Under the pieces are notes generated by a model, which saw only the letters and a list, made by a program, of their open reading frames with translations, made no database searches and was not told where the DNA came from. The position numbers were made by a program, and so were the translations under genes. From Zygnema circumcarinatum SAG 698-1b (Eukaryota > Plantae > Zygnematophyceae), in NCBI GenBank assembly GCA_037447605.1, contig CM074808.1:2666001-2730000 (forward strand): a stretch of 64,000 nucleotides of DNA, written 5' to 3'. Every line of letters begins with the position of its first letter. The first letter of the stretch is position 1. Shown one piece after another: positions 1 through 10,897 of the stretch.

Positions 1-212
1 GAACTTTGGGGAGGTTGCTCTTGCCAGCTATTTCATCTCTGGGCTAAGCAAACAGACATTTTGTTTCAGGTTTCTCTCGCCACTGTTCATTTGCAACCTA
101 ACGAGCCATACACTATTGTTTTGTTCTGTGACGAAACGATAGTGAGCTGCAGCTGCAAATACACCTTGGCCTGGATTTTATTGAGAGTTACTGTCGGTGC
201 AATGGAGTATAC

Positions 213-830
213 CTCAGGGTTCAGGCCTAGAACTCCAGATACAAAAAGCAGACCATTTGCTTTTATCGCCTGAGTGTAAGGCCCAAGTGCTGCGGGAGCT
301 TTCTCGGTCTGCACGGCTTCCTTCAAAGCTGCACCCATTATAGCATCAGAATGTGGCAATGAGTTAGAAAAAGTCAGACTAATTTTGACAACAGGCGGGA
401 ATTGCTTTTCCCAAGACGCAGCCCTCTGGTCCATGACGGGGGAAAGAAAGGGGAGGGCCCGGTTTAAAACGCCCAGGAATTACGACGCCATTGTATACCC
501 TTCAATAACTACATGTCAAGTTGTACTAGATGATAAACATAAGTCATAAAACAGACAACACTTCATGTTGGAATCGAGAAGAGTTTCACCTGCGGAAGTT
601 GAAGTTCTCCGAAAAGTAAGAGACGCCAATGGGAGTGAAGTAGCCGGAAAAGAGGAGTTTTTAGATAAGGAAACCGCCGCGGTCAAGCAGCCCAGACCCA
701 CAACAGGAGTTATCATGTGAGAACGGCTCCTCAACGACGCACTCATAGCCTTGGCGGTTCGCATCATTGAAGCAGCTTTCCCTGCTGCCAACGATGCAGC
801 TCCGCCGGCACAAGCAGCTTCGATTCCCAT
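213..830 (-). CDS. RIDA: RidA/YjgF/YER057c reactive-intermediate (enamine/imine) deaminase, organelle-targeted; 5' two exons only, gene runs off the left edge
   Basis: Exon 590-830 encodes a transit-peptide-like N-terminus (PVVGLGCLTAAVSL). It splices in phase (GCA G|CT) to exon 213-328, EAVQTEKAPAALGPYTQAIKANGLLFVSGVLGLNPE, the RidA signature. GT/AG boundaries are visible. The start codon is uncertain. Confidence 0.9.
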
Positions 831-1546
831 CTTGGCTGTCACGCCGGTATGATCCGATTATCTGTACTGGAAGTGAAAGAAATAGTTCTGCACGCATGTG
901 AGTTGTTCGGCTAGAATTTCAGTTGATTGAAAAAATATCGATTTCTATAAAAGGACTTCCCTTCCGTGTAGGCAGACAAAATGGACAACAATAGAGTGAG
1001 GTATGTATCATTACGCCACGCTTACGACAGACACCAACTGTGCAAAAGGAAGAAGATGAAGCGGACTGCATTGGCATTGAGGCAGAGGCTTCATAATGAT
1101 GGCCAGAAACAGGCGTACTCCACGGAAGCATTATGAAAGAGAGAAAATAAAGAAGTGCTTATTAGAGCAAGAAAACTGCTCTCAACTCTCAGGGAGTGCC
1201 TCTCCTCAGCTTCGGACAGCTGGTGGCATCATCTCTCCACTCATTCTTTCCAGCTTCTAGCATTGCTAGACAGGCTGCGCACATCAAACTATGAAAAGGA
1301 ATGCCGGCAAGTACCCAATTTAAAAGCGCTCCTTAGCCCGCCCCGCGCCTCGCAGCCGCTTGCAGGGACTCACTTACTCTCACACTCTTTCGCAGAGGGC
1401 CGCCTTCGTCTCCGGCACCCTCACCACTCCCACACTTGCCTCTCCTGCTGCCGTCACCCTCACTCAGGTATGACGCCATCCTCTGCTCCACTCCAACGGA
1501 TTCCGGCGGCCTGTCGCGAAACGGTCGCCTCCTCGACCGCGTCGAC

Positions 1547-1764
1547 CGATATCGATCGAACCGATCCAAATCAAATCGATACGTGTAGATAATACGATAC
1601 GATACGATTTGATGTTCCAATCAGATGAGATATCCGGATACATATCGTATCGCCATACCGAATATGTGCAGTTCAGTAGCGTTTCAATATCGGGATACTG
1701 ATGAAACCGGCACGGAGATATCTCCATATTTCCATCGGGATATCCGTATATCATCGTATCGACC
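1547..1764. repeat. TATCG/CGATA-rich low-complexity element in the RidA/NUP50 divergent intergenic region
   Basis: Dense GATATC/ATCGAT/TACGATACGATACG motifs. The same pentamer arrays occur at 21219-21239, 22185-22200 and 30680-30740. Confidence 0.55.
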
Positions 1765-2723
1765 TGTTTCTCTGTTTTATACGTTTTCTAGAGTTTGATG
1801 AGCGGCTGACGGAGTGGATAGCGGGGAGGGGCCGGGCGGGCGGGGGAGTGGGCGAGTGGGAGGGAGAGGGAGGAGCGGGAGGAGGAGAAGGAGAGTGGAC
1901 GAAAGAGAGGAGACGAGAGGAAAGGGTGCCAGGCAGCTCGGGTCAGGTGAGGGGGAGAGGGAGGCGGTAAAGTGCTGCTGTATTATCAGCTGCTGCGTTG
2001 TGGTGGTGACAGCATCACTGCATGCTTACTTTGTGGCTGTTGGAATATGGCAGAGAGTGTTATGATGCGTCACATTGCAAGTGTCTGCGTTTTCCTTCAT
2101 TGTGACCCCTTTCATCTGCATTTGCGGTGCTGGTTTTTGAAATTGGATCTGAATCGCAATCACAGGAGCAGCGGAAGTGTTTGACCCCTGATGTTTGCTT
2201 GCAACTTCCTTTGTTGCTTTGAAAGTAGTTGAAACCGCGCTCACCTTGATTTCAATCTCCAGAGGCAGTTTTGTATCGGTGTGCTTTGAAGGTACTTTTC
2301 TTGTTTGCTTTTTACTGTCTGTAGTGCTACACGCTTATCTTGATTCAGCTTCAGTGGAGAGTGACAGCTTGTACGGGCGGGTCTACTCTGCTTTGAATAT
2401 GATGCTTTCCTGTTGACGTCTCAGTGATTGCGGCTGGACTTTTTTTTCCTGTTGTTGTGGAATCTTTTTACACCTGATGAGCAGCATGAATTTCTGGAGT
2501 AATTCTTTCAAGACAAACAGCATAGACTGAAATCGTTTTGGTGTTACTATTTGACAGAATCAGTCTGTGGGGGTGTGCGCAACTGTATTTACTATTGACC
2601 TTGACTACTGGCATGACTGGTAACAGCAAATATAGGCTGCAATCTCGCATGGACATTTGATCGACGCCTTATTGCAACCTTGCAGAGAGTTGTTAGCCGC
2701 GAGAGATCACCATAGGTCGTCCA

Positions 2724-3941
2724 ATGGCTGAACCTCCTTCAAAAAAACGCGTTTCGGAGCATCAAATAACAAAAAACGAAGTGGAGCAGGGCTCAGGCGA
2801 TTCGGCAGATGGCATTACTGAGGGGTTTGCTGTAGCCCAACAGAATATCTTGTCCGGTCGAAGAATTGTGAAGGCTCGCAGACGACCTGCTGCTGGAGGT
2901 GCAGGGCCGTCAGGCTCTGTCAACCCCTTCGCGAACATCTCATTTGTTGCTCCACCAGCCCCTCGGAAAGAACCCTCAGAACTTGTAGCGGAGCCTCAAC
3001 CAGCGGATGCTGATGTTGAGGAACAGACAGAGTCCGCCGGTGAGGAAGTTGATTCAGCAGCCGCCCTCCAAGCAACATGTTCTAAACCGCTTGTTGGAGA
3101 GGCTGCGGGAGAACCTGAAAAGGCGGACGGGGAGGCCGTTGTGGATGTGGTAGCTGTAGTGGATGAGGTAGCTGTAGTGGATGAGGTACCTGTAGTGGAT
3201 GATGGGGCTGTGGTGGATGAGGGAGGGCTGGTGGATAGGGAGGAGGCTGCAGAGTCGAAGGTGACAGAAGCTGGAGTGGAGGAAGCAGATGTACAGGGTG
3301 AAAAGGACGTCGGACCTGTTGACAATGACGGAGCAGCGAAAAAGAGCACAGCTAACGGAAACACTTTTGGTTTTGGATTTGGAAAGGGCGCTTTTCCTCA
3401 AACTCTGGGTGGCTTTGCACAGCACAGCGTGACGACAAATGCGTTCAAGACGGGTTTTGGAGCTGTTGGGGGAGGGTTTGGTACAAATGACAACGAAGCT
3501 CAAAATTTCTCTATCCCTGCTCAGCCATCCCTAAACCCAACACCTGCTGTAGCTCTGCAAGAGGTCCCCGTGGAGACGGGCGAGGAGAAAGAGAAGGCAG
3601 TCTTTACTGCGGATGCATCCCTATTTGAGTTTGCTGAAGGGGGGAAATGGAAGGAGAGAGGGAAAGGTGAAGTGCACGTAAACCTTCCAGAGGAACAAAA
3701 CCGGCCAGGCCGGCTAGTCATGCGCGCTCGAGGTAACTTGCGTCTTTTGCTGAACGCCAATTTATTTCCCTCCATGAAAGTGACGAGGATGGACGGACGA
3801 GGAGTCACATTTGTATGTGCCAACAGTATTGGGGAGAGTGCGCCTTCTATGACCACGTATGCTCTGAAGATGCGAGATGAGAGTGCCACTAACGACTTTT
3901 TGGCTGCCGTGGAGGAGCACAAAGGGAGAGCTGATAGTTAG
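2724..3941 (+). CDS. NUP50: Nucleoporin NUP50-like (N-terminal NUP50 motif, FG-rich linker, C-terminal RanBP1/Ran-binding domain), intronless CDS
   Basis: 405-aa ORF with N-terminal KKRVSEHQITK...RRIVKARR...NPFANI, an FGFGFG/GFG region, and a RanBD (VETGEEKEKAVF...LFEF...WKERGKGEVHVN...RLVMR...LLLNANLF). Confidence 0.9.
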   Translation: MAEPPSKKRVSEHQITKNEVEQGSGDSADGITEGFAVAQQNILSGRRIVKARRRPAAGGAGPSGSVNPFANISFVAPPAPRKEPSELVAEPQPADADVEEQTESAGEEVDSAAALQATCSKPLVGEAAGEPEKADGEAVVDVVAVVDEVAVVDEVPVVDDGAVVDEGGLVDREEAAESKVTEAGVEEADVQGEKDVGPVDNDGAAKKSTANGNTFGFGFGKGAFPQTLGGFAQHSVTTNAFKTGFGAVGGGFGTNDNEAQNFSIPAQPSLNPTPAVALQEVPVETGEEKEKAVFTADASLFEFAEGGKWKERGKGEVHVNLPEEQNRPGRLVMRARGNLRLLLNANLFPSMKVTRMDGRGVTFVCANSIGESAPSMTTYALKMRDESATNDFLAAVEEHKGRADS

Positions 3942-5567
3942 GTCGGCAAAAGTGAAGCGTGTGCTGTGTTGTATACTCGAAACTTTGAACAGGGAAGATT
4001 TTGGCCCCATACTCTGTGAACTAGATTGTGCGTCGATTGCAGCTCCTAGCAAAATAGGTCTGTTAGGAGATGCTGTCTTTCTCGGCAAGTAGATGCTACG
4101 AGGGAGTCCATCAGAAGTCTGTGATTTGGCTGCTTTCGTTTTGATAGTTTACGCCCCACAGAAGCTTGAGCGAGTCTTAGTTTTGTCATTGCTTGGAAAG
4201 AATAAGGAGGTATCCCCGCCTTTGCATCCTGCCCCGCTGAGGACTCGGCAGTCAGGCTCAGTAACGGTGTTGATGAAGGTGGTGAATATTGAAAATGATT
4301 GGAAAAAGTCTAGGGTGTCGGATCAAGGTGGATGGTTCATTTGGGCTTGGCCTTACCTTATGAGAATTTTGAAACTGTGTGTCCATGACGCTTCCCCTCT
4401 ACGAACAAAATCTTTGCCTTGAGTGCTCACTTTGCCGCCATAAGAGAAGCAAAATTTCACACGGAACCATGAAAGGACTGACAGAACGAGCCATCTCTCA
4501 CTACTTGTTGGCTTCATTTGCAACAAAATACAGCAAAAGAAAGCCATATGCAGACTCATACCTTCTGCACGAAGCGAGAAGAGAAAAGAAGCGGACGCGG
4601 TGACAGACAGACGGCCTGTTTTCAAGCAACTCGAGAAGGGAAATAAGAGTATAGTTTATTTTCCACCAGCGTACATACACCATGCATGGCCCCCCCCTCG
4701 CTTATTTTCTACCTTTCGTGCTATATGTCCATGATTACCTATTTTCAGACACGAATGGAGGTCCGTGACTGTAGCCCGCCTCTCCTCACCAGGAGGAATG
4801 GGCCTATGGCTGACCTTTCCGGATCCTGAAACAACCACGCCTGGCCTCGGTCTCCAAATTAAAGGAGTTCTGCCGCGGAGAGACCTTACGTTCCACGTGC
4901 CCACACTCTCAGGCGGCGGGCACAGTCTGCAAAGGGAGCCGACCATGGCACTTCGTCAAGACGGGATACGGGATACGCATGCTTCGATTTGACACTTCAA
5001 AATTTCTCAAATCTCAAAATGACGCCAATACAAGACGAGCTGAGCTTGCGGAGAGGAACGGTATGGTACGGAAATGGACAGAACCATCAAAACCCTTTCT
5101 CTGTCTTGCTAACTCCTTGACTTTGATGATTCAGACGAGAGAACACATAGGGTGGACTAGGGTCTATGAGAAGTGTAGATCCTGTCATGAAGGGGAAGAG
5201 AGAGGGACGAGTGGAAAGGAGGGTACGAAGACTTGACTATAATTAGGAAGGATATTTATGGTACTAGAGATGAACAGTCCATTACTATCTGCTGCCAGAA
5301 CAGATGGTCTGTACCAGAGGTGATTCTTCAACTACGGTCAAAAGAACAAGGGAAATCCAGTATCTACCTTACTTTTGCGAACGCATCAACTTTGTGGTCA
5401 TAGAAGGTCCCTTCTATGACGAAAATGGTCAAAATGCATTGAACCCAAAGAGACAGTCGTGAAACACAGCTATTCTGCTGATTTTCTACAACCGGGGCTA
5501 AACGCTAGAACTGGCGGGAATCATTTTTGGGCCACACATCATCCCGTGGAAGGATTCAGATATTTAC

Positions 5568-8500
5568 CTGTCTCGCATCACCAACATGAATCCCGCATTC
5601 TGTCTTCACGGAGCCATCCTTATTCGTCAATCCCTGCAATACACAATCTTCAAGTTAACAACTACGAGGTCGTCTACTGCCCTCTAGTCTCGACCTCCCC
5701 TGAACTTCAAGTGCAATTCCTCATGTCTACAGGACTACCATGACCGCCGCATCCATGTCTCACCCACTTTTACTCTTCGCATTCCTTTTTCTCCTTTCCA
5801 TTTCGACAGTGTTGGTCGACAAACCAATTCACCACTTCAGTTGAAATATTAAGAAGTGGATCTGCATCACATCCTGCTTGCCTGATCAAGTTCTCTTTCA
5901 AAGGATCAAAGTAAGGACCTCACCTGGAAGCGGCCAGATCTCTCCCCTGCGTACTCGAACCACTTTTCACGGGGCACTGGAATAGTGCTCTGCACATCTC
6001 CAATGCTGGGGTAGCCTTCAGCGTGAAGTGGATGGGCTGGAACATTGTAGTGCTCCAGGTAGTCAAAACAATCCCTGCGAATACACAAAGAAAAAAGATT
6101 CAAAGCCTGTTAAACCAATGACATCTAAGTACGCAACAAGGCATGTACGCATCTGGCAACTACCAACAAAATTTATTCATGATCGATAGAACCTGTTTCA
6201 CACTTTTGAACCCAAAAAAACCGTAGAAAAATGTAAATAGAACTGAAAAACAAATATTTTTTAATTTCAGAATGTCCGAATTCTTAGACGTTTATTTCCA
6301 CGCCCATCAGGAAACTTTGTATCTTCTATCCTATAAAGCACCCTTTCCCTTCACCTGCAAACGTTCCCTTCTACCATACCAATTCAATCAAACATGAACC
6401 GCCTGCATACAGTTGCATTCAGGCTTTGCTTCCAGCAGCTGGTCTCAAGAACAGCTTTAGTTTCTGCTAAGTGATGAAGACCTTACTTGAACTCCCAGTA
6501 GGCCAAGGGCTGGACCTTCGCCATGTTTCCTGCTTCAAATAACTGTCCCATTGCCCCACCACCAAGAACCACAAATCATATCTTAAGTACCCTTTTTTTT
6601 TTTTTTAAAGATCAATACAGAAAATACTTAACGCTAGGGCACATACTTCTATGTCCGCCTGACGAAATGGCCCGTCACACAAGGAGCTCTCCCCACTTGC
6701 CTTAAACCCAACTGGGAATCCTTTGTTCATAGCGGTAGACTCAAGAGCACCAATCAGTCCTCGGAACAAAGAGTGACTTGAACATTCAGATTTATATCAA
6801 TGATGACTTGGACAACCGACCGGGGCCACTATTACCTCCAGGTGCGCCCTCTCAGCCCCATGATCTCTTCTGCGTCCATTGATCATGGCGTCTACCTGCA
6901 GAGTCCTTCATCCGTAGTATGAATGAGCAGCACTTGCACAGCCTTCCTAAGGTGTCAATCCTTTCGAAATAGGCAACCCTCAGAATGACGAATGCATCTC
7001 AACTCTTTTCAGAATGCTGCAGAGGTCAAGAACGTAAAGTAGGATTCGAGTACAAGGTAGACTGCACCTCAAGGGTCTTCAGAGCGCGTCCAAAGGGCTC
7101 GACTTTGCAAATCCTGTCATACTCATCAACATCCTGCCTCCCCAAGGCCATAAGACAAGGTTTCAAGAGGAAAACTTGGGTGTCGTACTCGTACCCTTAG
7201 ACATTTTCCTTGCTAGACTATGAACGACAAATCGAGTCGTAAAGATCTAAAGTTCAGTTATCTGAGCATAGTGTACAACTCACTCGAATAAACAAGTCGG
7301 AGCCAAATTTTTCCACGTAATCCTCCCTGGATGACACATCAGCAGCGTGAAAAGTTGTTGCCTTAAATCCGTACCTCTCCTGCAGTAAAGCACCCATTCA
7401 ATCACAAGAACCCCGTCATCCATGTAAGCGGCACAATGAAATCCCGTACAGACTTGACTCCTATAGCATGTATCCTGACGTCAATTTCAAAAGAAGACCC
7501 CATGAATGTCAACAAACGCATAAGGATATCACGCAGCTAAATGAGCCTAGTCCGCACCATCTCATGACTAAGCCTTAAAAAGGTCCCACGTGAGTATTGC
7601 AAACCTACAGTCCTACTCAATTGCAAAACCGAGCCTCAATTACGTGCTACATTTCTGATGGTTGACAAGGCATACGAGATTCTCTATCTCACCACTCTAT
7701 CACTTCTTACTGCTCAAACTGCTTGATTAAAGAAGCCTGTAGTGCATCAACTCAATGACAGTGCCATTTCTTCAAACCCTCACATGCATTCCGATGCTTC
7801 CATTGCACGGCTACTTCACCCGAGAATTTTCTGCAACAGAGGTCAAGTCAGCACCTTTGGTGCTGATGATGACACCACCTCACCACCACCTTTAAAACAC
7901 TTATTTCTTAAGTTTACAAAAAACCGTTTCTTTCAAGCATTGACTGACATAGGTTTACGTTGGATGGCCTACCTCGCATTCCTTCAAGAAGGTGTGAGTC
8001 TCTTCAAAGAGATGGAAAGTATCAATAAAGATAATTTTCAACTTTGGGTTCTTGAAAGCTCCAATCCTCGATAGTAAGTCCAAGATGACCTGCAGCAGCT
8101 CAACTTTTCCATCTATGAGCGACCACAGTTCTATATTGTCGACTTACCACTCCACTGCGAGCACAAAAATAGATAATCAATCACCTAGCAAACACAATTG
8201 CATGACCTACATTAAAATTGCTATCAGGGGTAAATTGGACTATTTCTATTAAAAACAATGTCCGAAGTGCACTGGAACATACCACATCACCAGCAATGAG
8301 GGCACACGGAAATGCGGGATGCTCAAAGTTGTCAATTGTTTTCTGCAAGGCCTCCATGGCTTGTTCTTCCAAGTGTCGCAGCCGGCTCTGCTTTGCACCA
8401 GCGTTCCATTCTTCTACTGGTGCCTTCTGACTCACACTCGCAACTGCTTCAGCACGTACTCCTGAATGCTGTCTCCAAGCAGCTGCTCGGCTTGGCCATT

Positions 8501-9720
8501 GAACTTCATACCTGATCAGATTCGTCTTGCCCTGAAACCCACTTCTGCATACAAGAAAACTGAAAGGATAATTTTAAAATGCTCGTTTAAAATCGGAAAA
8601 CCGAACACTCTCTGAACACTTCTTGCTAAATTGCGAAGAACAGCTGTTAGAATGAGCTATCGGTTAATATGTGGTTCAATCGTCGAAAGTCGGCGCAAAT
8701 TTAACGGTTGATTGTCTAGAGCATTGAATAGATGGCCAAAAGTCACCTTCCAACAACCCTGTTCATCAAAAGAGAGCGTTCAAACTCAGATGACCAACCA
8801 TGATTTGAACCCCTCTACTAAACAGTCAAGACTAAGGTGGCCACTGGCTCGTCTGGCACCACGTTAGCAGTTCGTAACAGACACCTAAAAGCAAACCAAG
8901 GTTCCAGTTTAGGAGGAGACTATTCAACCTGGGTCGCAGTTAAGATGATATTGTTAGTTTTAAAACCTGGAAGTCACGTCACAATCAGATTGACTCGGAG
9001 ACATCTACAGCAATGCCTGGGCCAAAGGCTAGTTGCACTACCAAACAAGCAAAGATACGACGCAAAGGCCTCAGGTTTCAAGATGATATAGGAAAAAGAC
9101 GGTGAAGTATGCTGGTCACATGATTAAATGACTGACAAGCACAGTGCAATTATGGTCTTCAGAACCTCTGGTTACAAGTGCGATACAAAAGGGATGCCAG
9201 TCCCAATGTTGAAGTAAATAGATGCTGAATGCAAGTTAAACTCTGCAAAGCGCAGATAGGGACATATTCCAACAGCAAACCAAGACTTTTAAATAAGCTA
9301 GACATACGGGGAGCTAGCAGCACTATACAAACTGGCTTCCAGAGCATTCTACACAACATCCAGAAGTCATTCAAGAATGCTCTGCAGTTCTCATTCGAAT
9401 TGATACTTGGACGCTCTCGAGATTAGTTAACTTAAAGTTAAAAAAAAAATAGATTAGTAAAGAACTCTTGGTTAACGCAAGAGACTTCAATCAAGCCCAT
9501 GCTCACTTGTGACCCTGTTCAGCAAGAAAGCCACACTTCCAAGACAGCCGTTAAAAAAAACCTCAAAGTCAAGAAGCAGACATAAAACGCACCCTAACTT
9601 GGCCCCTGGCTGCACTTTCGACACTGCTCGAGACGACTTCTGCAAAGAAGCGCCCGCCCGTGGTAGTGGAACACTCTGCGTGTCCAGGAAAACGCCAGCG
9701 TATACCGGAGCTGAAGCCAT
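5568..9720 (-). CDS. Plastid-targeted CysH-family APS/PAPS reductase, Fe-S-independent APR-B type; multi-exon, last short exon not resolved
   Basis: Spliced exons give a transit peptide (MASAPVY..., 9599-9720), then FPCALIAGDVVILDLL..IFIDTFHLFEETH, YDRICKVEPF, DAMINGRRRDHGAERAHLE, KVQPLAYW, HPLHAEGYPSIGD..ERSGRFQ and GLTNKDGSVKTECGIH. The CC pair and CxxC cluster ligands are absent (YDRIC and SIGD instead). Confidence 0.85.
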
Positions 9721-9991
9721 AGCTGCAAGGCACAGCACAAGTCCCCTCGCCGCAGAGGAGAAAGGATGCTGCCGCTGCAAATGAAGGTGCGAGACAGTCC
9801 ACCGTTCGGCCCGCTCTGCACGGTACTGCAGAAGCACGTAGTAACGCTGCGCTGCTTCCCGCGAAAACGCGCTCCGGCGCAGGACAGGAAGGACCTTGGG
9901 AGGCGCTCGCTGCTTCCAAGGTTCCATGAGCGCAGTTTGGCGCGGCGTGGCGGCTCCGTTCTGGGCGAGGCGATCCCGCCCGCCGCGCTCC

Positions 9992-10026
9992 GCCAATGAG
10001 CGCGCGCCACAGCGCCGCTCATTGGC
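9992..10026. promoter_or_regulatory. Inverted pair of CCAAT-containing motifs (GCCAATGAGCG / CGCTCATTGGC) upstream of the reductase gene
   Basis: Perfect 11-bp inverted repeat. The same 10-mer CCAATGAGCG recurs at 35771-35780 in the PP2-A10/BAG6 divergent promoter. Confidence 0.45.
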
Positions 10027-10897
10027 CGGATCCAGCGCGGCAGATGTCACGCGTTCCATGTTGTGTTTCATGCTTTCGCGTGAACGCGCAATCCACGCTA
10101 ACTGACGACCCTCTTCATGTGTTCGAGATTGCAACATGGACGCTTTCCTCTACCACGCTTTTCTTTGGAGAAAGACTTTCGTTCAATGTTTCAATATTTT
10201 TCTTTTTATAAAAATCGTTACATGACAAGTGTCATTGGATTTGCGAGCAACGGAACTCACGGCAGGGTTACAAACAAATGATTGTCCGAACAAACACTGG
10301 CCCGCCCTAACGCAGGGATTGAACTTTTCGAAGGAAACCGAGAGTGAACATACTACGACAGAGAATACAAGGCTTTTCTATACACTTCTTGCCCCACAGG
10401 AGGCAACTGCTGAAACAGCTTCTTAACAGCAACTAGGAGGGTGTGCCTCCATAGAGAAAAACAGACGTGACCTGGTTCTGAAATAGTCTGTGTAAAGGGG
10501 TCCAAGGGGGTCCCTCGTACTCCTGCTTCTACTCCTGCCCTGTTTCTGCACTAACAAGATGCCCATAAATTAACGATCAACGCAAGATGGACCTAACCCT
10601 CGTCGCGTTACATAAATACCTAATCGTACAATCACTACCCTATCTGTTGATGAAAGTTTTGAGAGTTCAGGAGCACCAGGCTTCTGCCTCATCCATGAGG
10701 ACGCCCGTGCACTCCTGCTTACCTCAACTTCACATGTTGCTTCCCCGTTGTAAGGTAACAACGAGGACTTCCTATCAAAAGATGTCCATACAGACTGTCT
10801 CTTTGCCAGGGTGGCAAACATCTGCCCAGTAAGTTGTACCCGCAGAAGGAGTAGCGCTGCAGGCACGGATCACTCGATGCTGGACGAAGCTAACGCT

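Noticed and set aside
2724-3941. Intronless NUP50 (and PP2-A10) as retrogenes
   Set aside because: No poly(A) remnant or TSD was seen. As I recall, these CDSs are intron-poor in land plants as well.
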